Position numbers and translations under genes: made by a program
The notes under the pieces: generated by a model
The model's input: the letters and a program-made list of their open reading frames with translations, nothing else
The model's database searches: none
Told to the model about the DNA's origin: nothing
Shown here: one piece after another, positions 41,389-52,159 of the stretch
How positions within the stretch are numbered: the stretch's first letter is position 1
Layout: each line of letters begins with the position of its first letter
Assembly (NCBI RefSeq): GCF_006345805.1
Contig: NC_042997.1
Coordinates: 91,388,001-91,452,000, forward strand
DNA length: 64,000 bases
Direction: 5' to 3'
Source of the DNA: Octopus sinensis
Lineage: Eukaryota

Positions 41389-42039
41389 TGATATTTTTTT
41401 AGTAAATTTTAGTGTTGAGATGATACTTAAATTAAGTGGAATAAATTATTGTAATTAGAATCTAAACTGAATCACATCAACTTACTACCTTGCTAAAACA
41501 ATATTTTAGCTTACATTGCAAGAATCCTTCCATCAGTTAACTAGAGATCACTAAGATTTCCAACAACTTTGATCCCTTCAACAGTGTCAAATAGCATTGA
41601 TGCTACTTGGAAATGTTCAAGTTCTTTTGGACCCACTCCTGCTGTAGCATGCTTTTTCTTTCTATTGTCCATGCAGGTACCACAAGATGAATGCAGCTAA
41701 CCCCTAGCCCCATACTTCAAGCAACTATTTTGTTTTACTATTCACTGAAGATTTAATCTTTCTCTCACACATGTCTGCCAATGATGAAGCATTTTCTGTC
41801 TCCCTTACCACTTAAAAAATTACTGCTCTGCTGTCCTTCTTAAAACAAGTGTAAACTAATTAGAGGATAGTGGATCTTTTGCTTACTCGATTTGAAGGTT
41901 GGGCCTCAGACCATTACAGGTCTTCTGAAACCAGTGAGTTTGATGCTTAAGATGTTAGTAGTCAGCAACTACCCTACTAGAAAGACATGAGCAGTGAGGA
42001 GATTCCAGTGATTGACATCTTAAAAAAGAAGAAATGGAT

Positions 42040-42480
42040 GTAATGCAGGGCCTTTAGGTGAATGCTAAGAAGAGAAGTGATGAACAAGTTGGGAGTACTT
42101 GAATGGAGAAGTGGAAGCTATTATAGTATTATAGAAGATAGAAAAGGCAAAGAGAGAAGTCAGTATATTTATGAGCTAGAAGTTGTGTCAAGGTCTTTCT
42201 TTGGATGAAATCTAGGATGTCTGTGTGTAGAGCAGCAGCAGCATTGTCCCAGATGTGATGGCAGTACCCCATTGTGGGTTTCCCCTGAGTTTTTAGAGGG
42301 TTAATAATTGTTGGAGCTGAAGTATTTTTTGGCTTCAAAAGGAAGGACCCATCTTTGAGATGCAATCCTTGCTTTGTATGTGCATTCACCTGAATAAATT
42401 TTGGGGCATAGTGAGACATAGCATTTGGAATGATTGTGAAGTTTCTGCTTGCATACCACTTATGTTTAACCTTTAGCATT
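42040..42480 (-). mobile_element. CR1/Jockey-like LINE 3' fragment
   Basis: KPTMGYCHHIWDNAAAAL..ILDFIQRKT...FSLCLFY parallels RP.LEYC..IW....L...QKKA. Confidence 0.65.
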
Positions 42481-42584
42481 CAGATTATTTTATCAAATAT
42501 AATGCTTATTCATTCTCCTTGTTTTGAATAATCATGTATTATCTTGTAACTTCAAGATTTTTATGATATGATTCTTTTTTTTAA

Positions 42585-42790
42585 TTGTTTCAGTCATTTG
42601 ACTGTAGCCATGATAGAACACTGCCTTGAAGGGTTTTAGTTGAACAAATCGATCCTAGGACTTATTTCTTAAACCTAGTACTTATTCTTAAGCCTAGTAC
42701 TTATCCTATTGGTCCCATTTGCTGAACTGGTAAGTTGCAGGGACATAACATACCAACATCAAGTGGTGATGGGGGGGGGGGGCAACAAAC
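42585..42790 (-). mobile_element. SINE-A 3' half
   Basis: TTGTTTCAGTCATTTGACTGTAGCCATG...CCTAGTACTTATTCT. Confidence 0.8.
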
Positions 42791-42829
42791 ACACACATAG
42801 ATACATATACATACACACACATACATACA

Positions 42830-44668
42830 TATCATCATCATCATCATCATCATTTAGCATCCGCTTTCCATGCTAGCATGGGTTGGACGGTTCAACTGGG
42901 GTCTGTGAAGCTGGAAGGCTTCGTCAGGCCCAGTCAGATCTGGCAGTGTTTCTACGGCTGGATGCCCTTCCTAATGCCAACCACTCCGTGAGTGTAGTGG
43001 GTGCTTTTTACGTGCCACCTGCACAGGTGCCAGACAGAGCTGGCAAACGGCCATGAACGGATGGTGCTTTTACGTGTCACCGGCACGGGGCCAGGCGATG
43101 CTGGCAACGGACACGAACGGATGGTGCTTTTATGTGCCACCGACACGGGGCCAGACAGAGCTGGCAAACGGCCACGAACGGATGGTGCTTTTACGTGTCA
43201 CCGGCACGGGGGCCAGGCGAGGCTAGCAACGGACACGAACGGATGGTGCTTTTACGTGCCACCGACACAGGGCCAGACAGAGCTGGCAAACGGCCACGAA
43301 CGGATGGTGCTTTTACGTGTCACCGGCACGGGGCCAGGCGATATTGGCAACAGACACGAACGAATGGTGCTTTTACGTGCCACCGACACGGGGCCAGACA
43401 CAGCTGGCAAACGGCCACGAACGGATGGTGCTTTTATGTGTCACTGGCACGGGGGGCTGGCAACGGACATGAACGGATGGTGCTTTTACGTGCCACCGAC
43501 ACGGGGGCCAGACAGAGCTGGCAAACGGCCACGAACGGATGGTGCTTTTATGTGTCACCGGCACGGGGCCAGGCGAGGCTGGCAACGGACACGAACGGAT
43601 GGTGCTTTTACATGCCACCGACACGGGGGCCAGACAGAGCTGGCAAACGGCTACGAACGAATGGTGCTTTTACGTGTCACCGACACGGGGGCCAGGCGAG
43701 GCTGGCAGCGGACACGAACGGATGGTTCACTTAACCACTGCTTTCTGATATATGATTTGATTTGGTTTGATTTTGATTGTTCTCACTGGTCTTGCCGGGT
43801 CTTCTCACGCACAGCATACTTCCATAGGTCTCGGTCTCTGGTCATTTCCTTGGTGAGACCTAAAGTTCGAAGGTCGTGCTTCATCACCTCGACCCAGGTT
43901 TTCCTGGGTCTACCTCTTCCACAGGCCCCCTCAACTGCCAGGGTGTGGCACTTTTTCACACACCTATCTTCATCCATTCTCGCCACGTGACCATACCAGC
44001 GCAATCGTCTCTCTTGCACACAACATCTGATGCCTCTTAGGTCCAACTTTTCTCTCAAGGTACTTACACTCTGTCGACTATGAACACTGACATTACACAT
44101 CCAACGGAGCATACTAGCTTCATTTCTTGCGAGCTTACGCAAATCCTCAGCAGTCACAGCCCAAGTTTCACTACCATGTAGCATGGCTGTACGTACACAT
44201 GCATCATACAGTCTGCCTTTTACTTTGAGCGTGAGGCCTTTTGTCACCAGCAGGGGTAAGAGCTCTCTAAACTTTGCCCAGGCTATTCTTACTCTAGCAG
44301 TTATACTCTCAGCGCACCCGCCCCCGCTACTGACTTGGTCACCTAGGTAACGGAAGCTATCAACTACTTCTAGTTTTTCTCCCTGAAATGTGATAGAAGT
44401 TGGTCTCTGCATATTTTCAGAGTTTATTGCTCCTGAGCATCTGCCACAGATAAAAACTATTTTCCTAGTTAGTCTTCCTTTGACATTACTACATCTCTTA
44501 TGTGTCCATAGCTTACATTTGGTGCATCTTATAGAGTTTCTACCTACGCCTTTTCTACAGATCGAGCAAGGCCATCTACCTGAAGGCGTTTGTGATTGGT
44601 CTACCTTCCTACTTATTAGGACTTTGGTTTTGGCTAGGTTGATTCTAAGGCCCTTCGATTCTAAACCT
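42830..44668 (-). mobile_element. 5'-truncated RTE LINE (second subfamily) with expanded 3' UTR minisatellite
   Basis: ORF 43783-44412 (FQGEKLEVVDSFRYLGD...GRGRPRKTW...VREKTRQDQ), PHD-finger codons at 44410-44600, and a (CAT)n tail at 42833. Confidence 0.93.
43000..43727. repeat. Minisatellite of 12 ~60 bp units in alternating A/B dimers
   Basis: Core GAACGGATGGTGCTTTTA recurs 12 times, alternating GGCAAACGGCCA..GTGTCACCGGCACG with GGCAACGGACA..GTGCCACCGACACG. Confidence 0.95.
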
Positions 44669-44704
44669 CATATATATATATATATATATATGTATAGAGA
44701 GAGA

Positions 44705-45985
44705 GTAACGTGGTGGTGGAATAATATTGTAGACAAAGCCATTAGAGCAAAGAAACAGGTCTGGAAAGCCTGGAAGAGTTGGGGTAGCAGGGAATTGTAC
44801 CAGATAGCCAGAAGGGAGGCTGGGTGACAGGTATACATAGCCAAGAGAGAAGCAGAAAATAAGTTTGCCAATGTTCAAGCGACATGAGGACCAAAGAACT
44901 GCAGTATTTTGGATTGAAAGAGAGTGTGCGAGAGAAAATTGTGATGTCACAGGAGAGAAATGTGTCCACATGGAAGATGGTGCTCTTGCTTTTAATGATT
45001 CTGAAAAGAAAGAGGCTTGGAGAAGCCATTATGAAAGGCTGCTGAATGTGGAGAATGAATGGGAGGAGGAGAGCCTGCCAAATGTTGGCCCAGTAGAGTG
45101 ACCAGCTATTCCAATAGACAGCACCCTGGTAGATAAAGCAATTAAGGATATGAAGTCAGGAAAAGCCCCCAGCCCACCAGGAATCACTGCTGAGATGCTT
45201 AAAATATCTGGTGGTGTGGGTTATGGCCTAGTCACCTGTATAGTTAACCAGGTAGTTCACAAAGGAATCATACTCAATGACTGGTGTTGCAGCACCATAG
45301 TCAGCTGCTGCAAAGGTAGAGGTGATGCTTTAGATAGAAATACATACAGGGGTATCAAACTGCTTGATCAGGTGATGAAGGTCACAGAGGGTGTCATAGC
45401 CCAACTAATTAGGGAGATTGTCTGCTTAGATGAGATTCAGTTCAACTTTGTGCCCAGTAGAAGCACCACTGATGCTATATGCCTGGTACGGCAACTGCAA
45501 GAGAAATACCTAGCCAAAGATAAACCACTATACTTGGCCTTTGTGGACTTGGAGAAAGCCTTTGACAGGGTCCCCCGATTCCTTATCTGGTGGACGATGC
45601 AGAAAGTGGAGATTGACAAATGGTTAATAAAGGCTGTACAGGCCCTGGACAAAGATGCCATTAGTAAGGTTAGGGCTGGCAATAAGTATAGTGAAGAATT
45701 CTGTGTAGAAGTAGGGGGTCCACCAAGGGTCATCCCTCATATACGGTAGATGCACAGGGGCAATAAACACCACAGATACTCAGAAAACAGATTCCATCGC
45801 AAGTCAGGGGAAGAAATGACCCACTACATTCTCAGAGTGGTTGGCGTTAGGAAGGGCATCCAGCTGTAGAAACATTGCCAGATCAGATTGGAGCCTGGTG
45901 TGGCCTCCTGGCTTGCCAGACCCCGGTCAAATTGTCCTGCCCATGTCAGCACATGGAAAACAGATGTTAAATGATGATGATGAGA
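44705..45985 (+). mobile_element. Internally deleted RTE copy with its own 3' tail
   Basis: VTWWWN, KSGKAPSPPG, DLEKAFDRVP; jumps to RCTGAINTT (45750), then to the tail ending GATGTTAAATGATGATGATG. Confidence 0.88.
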
Positions 45986-46118
45986 TATCATCATCATCAT
46001 CATCATCATCGTTTAGCGTCTGTTTTCCATGCTAGCATGGGTTGGACGGTTCTACTGGGGTCTGTGAAGCCAGAAGGCTTCATCAGGCCCAGTCAGATCT
46101 GGCAGTGTTTCTACGGCT

Positions 46119-46130
<12 letters not shown>
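45986..46130 (-). mobile_element. Solo RTE 3' tail, tail-to-tail with the preceding copy
   Basis: (CAT)nCGTTTAGCGTCTGTTTTCCATGCTAGCATGGGTTGGACGG. Confidence 0.88.
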
Positions 46131-46155
<25 letters not shown>

Positions 46156-46157
<2 letters not shown>

Positions 46158-47722
46158 ACAGGCTTCTTTCAGTTTCTTTCTACCAAATACACTCACAAGG
46201 TTTTGGTTGGCTCCAGGCTATAATTGAAGACACTTTCCCAAGGTGTCATACAGTAGGACTGAACCCAGAACCATGTTGTAGGGAAGCAAGCTTCTTTATT
46301 TCAATATTTTGCCATAAAGGCATTACACAGAGGGGGACAATACAACATATGTGGGGATATATAACAATTAAAAATATAAAAATAAAATATGATATGATGA
46401 ATGATACATGAAAATGAACATGAAGAACAAATTAAAATATGATAACATTAATGATATCTGAAAATGATATTATGAAGAGCGTGCTACTCACCCCACACTG
46501 AGTAACACCACTTGCTGCCTCTGAGTTCTAAGTTCTTTTCCTTCTTCAGTCCAGTCCTTTTTCCCGTTTCTCTATCACTTAGTGACATCGTTCTCTCCAC
46601 CATGCATTCGTAACCTTTTTCACCGTGAGTGGCATCTTTTAAATTTTGTGGCATCTGTTCTTTCTTTTTTTTTCTTGTTGAGAAATGGGGTGGGTTAGTT
46701 TGGTGTCTGTGAGGGGAGGGTGGGACTGAGTTGTCTTGGGTGGGATGGAGTTGGACTGGGGTACCACGTCATACTCAGTGTTTTTTCTTTTTTCTCTCTT
46801 TCTCTTTCTGCTCTCTGTAACTTTCCATTCTTCCTCCGTTTTCTTGTTTCCTCCGTCTATCTTTTCTTCTTCTCATTCCTCTTCTGTCTCCACAACTGTA
46901 TCCTCAGCCTTGTCCTCTGTAGAGGGCAGTATACTCTAATGTGGCCCTTTTGGCCACATTTAAAACACACTCTCAGCACGATTTCCCCCAATGTCACCGT
47001 CTCTGCCAAGTTCTCTAGTTGACTCTCCTCTGCCTGAATAATTAGTTCAAGTGTCCTTCATTTCCAACCTCTTTCTTCTGTTTCTGTGGCTTGGAGGACA
47101 GCCATCATCTCTTCGCTTCCAACAAGGACAGCTGCCGCTACCCAAGCCACTTCTATATCCAGTGGAATTGCTTCTACCCTCACTTTGGAAGTCTTTCTTC
47201 CAAGGTATGTGGGCTGAAGCATTACTTTTTTTTTCACCACCACACTCGCCAGCCTCCTTGCCTCCTCTACTATCCTGAATTGGACGAGCATTGTCCCATG
47301 TCTTCTTCCTTTAGTAATGTATATTATTTCTTTCGACTTCTCCCTTAGCGCCTTTTCTGTTTCAGCTTCCACCTGCTCGGCCTTTTTTCCTTTTAATGAG
47401 AACACCTTACAGGTCATCGTTTTTCTCTCCATCTGCTACATAATTCCTTTGGGTGGGGTGACAGCCTCACGTCCCCTCCCACCTTCTGTAACATCTTTTC
47501 GTAATCCTTCAGACTAGTCAAGTCCAACTCCCTTTGCTTCATCTCTGTGACCTCTGCAAAACTCCTTGTCTTTTCCAACACTCCGTCCATCTTTATGACC
47601 ACTCTTACCAGCTCCTCCTCTGCTGAAGACAACCAACGTCCGAGACAAACGACAAACCAAATGCACTCTCGGTCACGCATGCACGGAAGCAAGCTTCTTA
47701 CCAGCAAGCCATGCCTGTACCT
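46156..47722 (-). mobile_element. SINE-A 5' half split in its tRNA head (47722-47685 and 46296-46156) by a nested insertion
   Basis: Head AGGTACAGGCATGGCTTGCTGGTAAGAAGCTTGCTTCC, then the insert, then AAGAAGCTTGCTTCCCTACAACATGGTTCTGGGTTCAGTCCTACT..GGGAAAGTGTCTTC. Confidence 0.85.
46297..47684 (-). mobile_element. 1388 bp non-autonomous L1/Tx1-like element carrying only a frameshifted ORF1 (gag-like, CCHC) and a 3' UTR; 15-bp TSD
   Basis: Exact TSD GGAAGCAAGCTTCTT at 46282-46296 and 47685-47699. MDGVLEKTRSFAEV..., GTMLVQF...LQPTYLGRKTSKVRVEAIP..., and CFKCGQKGHIRVYCP (CX2CX4HX4C, ~46965-46910). Ends at AAATAA. No EN or RT motifs. Confidence 0.85.
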
Positions 47723-47724
47723 AC

Positions 47725-49790
47725 ATTGTATATTTTTAGAATGACATTTTAGGGTTGGTGTGATAGATGAGATCTGGCTGATTTGATTGTGAAACAGGTA
47801 GGATATTTGGGTTGGATATGGCCAGTTTTAATGCTAAAGGGTTAAGGAGGATAAGATGTAATAATATTTTCTTAATGTGAGCAGTGTCTTTTTGCTGCTG
47901 AAAGATACAAGACTGGCATGACCCAGTCGGAAGATATTTTTGAAGTCTCTATTTATGGAGTCAGTGTACATATAGCATGAGGTGTCCTGATTGCATGTAG
48001 AAGATGCTTGGGTGGGGAAAAGTAGAATCATCTGAGTAAGAATGTGTTATTTATGATGGCAAATAAGTCATTGTTGTATAGGAGGAAGAGTGTGAGGTGG
48101 AAGAGTTGAATGAGAGAATTTCATCAGCACAGGATGTGATAGTATAATCTGATAGGAAGAGATGAATGATGTATGGAACCCATAGGCAGGCAGTTTTGAC
48201 AGCAGATTTACATGCTATACACAGTCAAAAACTTTGCTGATGTTGAGGTTAACAACCAACATTGCTTCTATCAAATTTATCTAAGGTGAGAGCCTACTGG
48301 TGAGTGACATTGGAGAGTAGGTCATCAATAGATCTGTTTTCTGAAAGCTGCAATGAAGAAAGAAAGATTTAAAGCATTAGAAAATGTTGTTAATTATTGT
48401 TCCCATTACCTTTGAGATACTGGAATTGTATATGATATGATGATAGCTGGCAGAGTTTGAAGGGTTGCTTTTTTAAGGAATGGGATACACTTTTTTCAAA
48501 GTGAGGGTATATATTTATAGAGAGGGAAAGATTGAAGAGTCTACTTGGTATGGAGAAGCAAAGGTGGAGAGGATTTGGCAAAATTGGTGGGTGATCTTTT
48601 TTGCAAAAGTCCAGAAAAAATGGCTCCTGTTTGGAAGGTGAGAGGGCTGGTGAGTTGTGAGATGCACAGGCATCTTTCAGAGCTCAGGCAGTGGTCTAGC
48701 AAAAGTTGCTGTACTGAATAAATGCTACCTAGGTTTTGTGGGGTGGTAAATTTCTTCAGGTATCATTTTTTGCTTCATCTGATGGGGATCTTGGGTTACA
48801 AGGCCTATTGCTGTAAAGGGTGTGCAGGATTGTGTCTGTTTCAGTAACATACTTGTCTCTGATTGGTCAGGAGTGAAGCACATGTCCTGCCTAGGCTAGT
48901 TCACTGATATGAAATGGTATAGTGTCTGGGCATGTAATTGAATTGAAGATTACAAACGATTCACTTTCTGTGGCGATGACATTAATATGGGGCAAGTGTG
49001 AGAGTCAAGAGGAGTTGTGAGTATTGAAGTAGTCAAGAACAATGTGCTTGGAGAGGAGTGAAGTGAGACATATGTTCACAACACAGGAGGAGATATGATA
49101 TGAGAGTTGATAGTAATTCAAAGTATGAGAGTAAAAAGATGTAGTTGGGGTGAAAAGAGAAAAGAGAGAATTAGAGGTGAAAAATGACAGATTTTAAATT
49201 CTAGTGTGAGAAAATGTACCTAAAAGGAAAATCAATTATTGTTCAAGAATTTGGATGGAAGGTGAACCCTTAGCTGGAATACATCCAAAACAGAAAATGT
49301 GGGTAGCCTATAGAGGTGGGCAGCTTATAAAGAGATCAGGAGCTGTTGTATTACACATTAGGTAAATGCTTTTTGAATCTGCTGGACCATTTAACTTCTA
49401 TGTAAAGCACAGCTAAGTTGGCCTTTTATGTTATGATGAACATTACCAGAAGTATGAGGGAAATAGTACATAACTTGGTAGATGGATCTAGGCTGTATAA
49501 AGTAGTGATGTTATGAATAAAAGGACTGGTGTTACAACACTGGTGGAAATAAATGGATGTTCTAGGCTTGTTGTAGCAAAGGGTGGGGGAAGTATTGACC
49601 AGAAAATTGTGTAGATTGTAATGTTGTTTAAAGGAAGGAAGGGGTATTCCTAAAAGATGGGAGAGGTGGTGGGTTTGGATGGGATAAAATGGAAATCATG
49701 GAGAATGTCCTACTGTAGAGGCTGTGTGGTATGGTGGAAAATGAATTAGGTGAGGAGGGAAGAATAATGTTTCTTTGTTTTTGCCCAGGA
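47725..49790 (-). mobile_element. Old decayed CR1/Jockey-like LINE (EN and RT remnants)
   Basis: Minus-strand remnant NLNISKVFDCV*HVNLLSKLPAYG (~48180-48280), equivalent to DISKAFDRVWH..LL.KL; NPSN.RPI-like remnant near 48450. Confidence 0.6.
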
Positions 49791-50783
49791 AGTCCAAATT
49801 TATATTTCAATGAATTATTAAGCAAAAATTATTTTTAAAAATGCTATTTTTATTTCTTGAAATCTTGCTTTTCTTTTTAGCAATTACATTTTTTATATAT
49901 GCGGCATTTAATGTAGCCTAAAAAACAACAACAAAAGGAAAAAATACAAAGGCTATAGAAATATGGGTTACAGAAAAAATGGAATTAATTACACAACAAA
50001 ATGCAACAGAAAATCATTGACACACCACACACTTGGATAGGTAGTAACCAGATTCATTTCTGATATTGGTGGCTATAATAGTGCAAAACACACACACACA
50101 CACACATGCAAAAATCCTTACCAAGTGAAAGATAATTGCAGTCAAATAGAAACCACATATGTAGAGAAAAATTTCCTTTTGTTTTAATGTGTGTAGTTTT
50201 TGGCTAATATTGGGTTAAATATGTCTGTGTGGCTAATTCATCAGAGTAAGTAAAATAGGTCAAACTTATGTATGTTTAAATGTAGGTGGTGTACCTAATA
50301 GTTTATGTATGCCTACTATGTAGTGCATGTATGTGTGTGTGTGTTTGTGTGGGTTTTTTTTTTATATATGACAAACAGGAGTTTCCTACTAAATAACACT
50401 GAAGCATTTAATACAAGTCACTAAACTTACAAAATAGCCATGAGTGGAAACAGGAAGATACCATCAACAGGATTTTTAACAATATGAAAAATTTGTTAGA
50501 ATAAAAAAAGAGCAAGAAAGATGTACTAATATTAACAATAATCTTTATCTTATTTGTTACAAGAGCAACACAAATTCAAAATATGTAAATTCACAACTTT
50601 AGACAAAGCATTTAGGAGTGCATGTAGATAATTTATTGTTGAAAGAGAAAATCTAAATTACACTGCATAAAATTATGTATGTATGTGTGTATGTATGTAT
50701 GTATGTACATATGAATGTATGTGTGTGTGTATGTATGTATGTATGTATGTATGTATGTGTGTGTGTGTATGTATGTATGTATG

Positions 50784-50814
<31 letters not shown>

Positions 50815-50819
50815 GCACT

Positions 50820-51370
50820 TATGTATAAATACAAGCATTCTACAAGCATCGGAGAAGGAGACCATAATATGCTGCATGTCTTCTTGAGTATGAGCAAAAA
50901 GATTACAGTCATATGTGTAGAGAAATCATTTTGCAGCTCCAACTCCAGTGGTGAGTTGCTTCTCAACTCACCATACAGAAGTAACTTCTGTATGGTAAGT
51001 TGAGGAATGGAATGTGTCCACCTCATAAACCTAAGCTGAGGTTCAAAGGCTGCATAAAAACATCCTTGAAGAATGCTAACATCTTGGAAAAGGACTGGTA
51101 AGAAACTGCAAATGATTGGGAAAGATGGAGGAAAGCAATATATGATGGAAGTGAGAACTTCAAAATAACACTAAGAAATCATGTAAAGTTGAAGAAGGAT
51201 GCTAGAAAGAGTGTGGATATGATATTTCCAGGAAATATGGGTGTCCAGAGTGAGCTGACATGCAGTGAATGTGGGAAAGTCAGCTTCAGCAGAGTGAGGC
51301 TGAAATGTTGCAAAAGAAGCTATGTATAGAGGGCTGACTTGGATTGAGCCATACACAGCATAACAACTTG
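50820..51370 (+). mobile_element. Decayed RTE/BovB-type LINE C-terminus
   Basis: LLYGKLRNGMCPPHKPKLRFKGCIKTSLK...W*ETANDWERWRKAIYDG...CSECGK. Confidence 0.75.
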
Positions 51371-51419
51371 CCATTAATGTGGCAAGATTTGCCTATCAAC
51401 CAAGGAAGACATGCTGAAC

Positions 51420-51570
51420 CTCTACAGCTCACTATAGGTCTTAATGGAATACCATCTTTGTGAATCTTAGGGAATTTGGCTTTAGGATTTTACACCACTA
51501 AAACCAACCCTATGGCTGCGATATGTTGATGACACCTTTATATTCTGGCCCCACCAGGAAGATGTCCAAT
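51420..51570 (+). mobile_element. Penelope-like RT fragment
   Basis: PLKPTLWLRYVDDTFIFWPH. Confidence 0.75.
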
Positions 51571-51714
51571 AGTAGGGAATATGACCAAAGACTGTGTGTT
51601 CTCTATCTCATGTAGCATATGGGAAACAGTATTAAAGAAGGATAGGAAAATATTAGATTTATAAGCCCTAAAATCCACTCCATAATTGCCCATGGTCATA
51701 TGGTTAAGAGCTCG

Positions 51715-51900
51715 GGCTACTAACTCCAAGATTCCAAGTTCAATTCCAGGCAGTGACCTTAATGATAATAACAATAACAACAACAACGAAAAATACCTCA
51801 GGAATGAGAACCCAGGTTTGAAATTTCCCCCAAGACACCTGATGAAGGCTGGAGAGTATATCAGTCAAAACATTGTGTTTGGACAAATATCTGTCAAATA
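51715..51900 (+). repeat. SINE-head remnant plus PLE-type terminal repeat with a degenerate hammerhead core
   Basis: GGTCATATGGTTAAGAGC...CAAGTTCAATTCC (tRNA-like boxes), (AAT/AAC)n, then GACAC-CTGATGA-AGGCTG..CAGTC-AAAACATT-GTGT. Confidence 0.55.
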
Positions 51901-52159
51901 TAAATAATTCCTCATCTCTCAAATATAGAACTGTATTAACTTAAAAATATAGTGTCAGAACATTTTGGTTAATTTATGAGAAAATTCCCTGAACGCTCTA
52001 TTTTTCAAGATAATAATTATGAATAGTTTGCTTTTCTTTAAAGTAATAAAATTTTATTTTGCCTGAACTAAAAAAAATTGTATTTTATTTAAATTAAAAA
52101 GAAATGAAGCAATAAAGATCAATTTTGTCTATTTTTGCAGTTGGAAATTCTAAAACCTC

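Noticed and set aside
43000-43727. Regularly spaced repeats resembling a CRISPR array
   Set aside because: The 'spacers' are themselves repeated (A/B), the context is eukaryotic with no cas genes, and the unit derives from the RTE 3' UTR.
42830-45985. Head-to-head RTE pieces suggesting one twin-primed 5' inversion
   Set aside because: The plus-strand piece has its own 3' tail (45820-45985) and matches the 9019 subfamily, while the minus piece matches the 21040 subfamily. They are two independent insertions.
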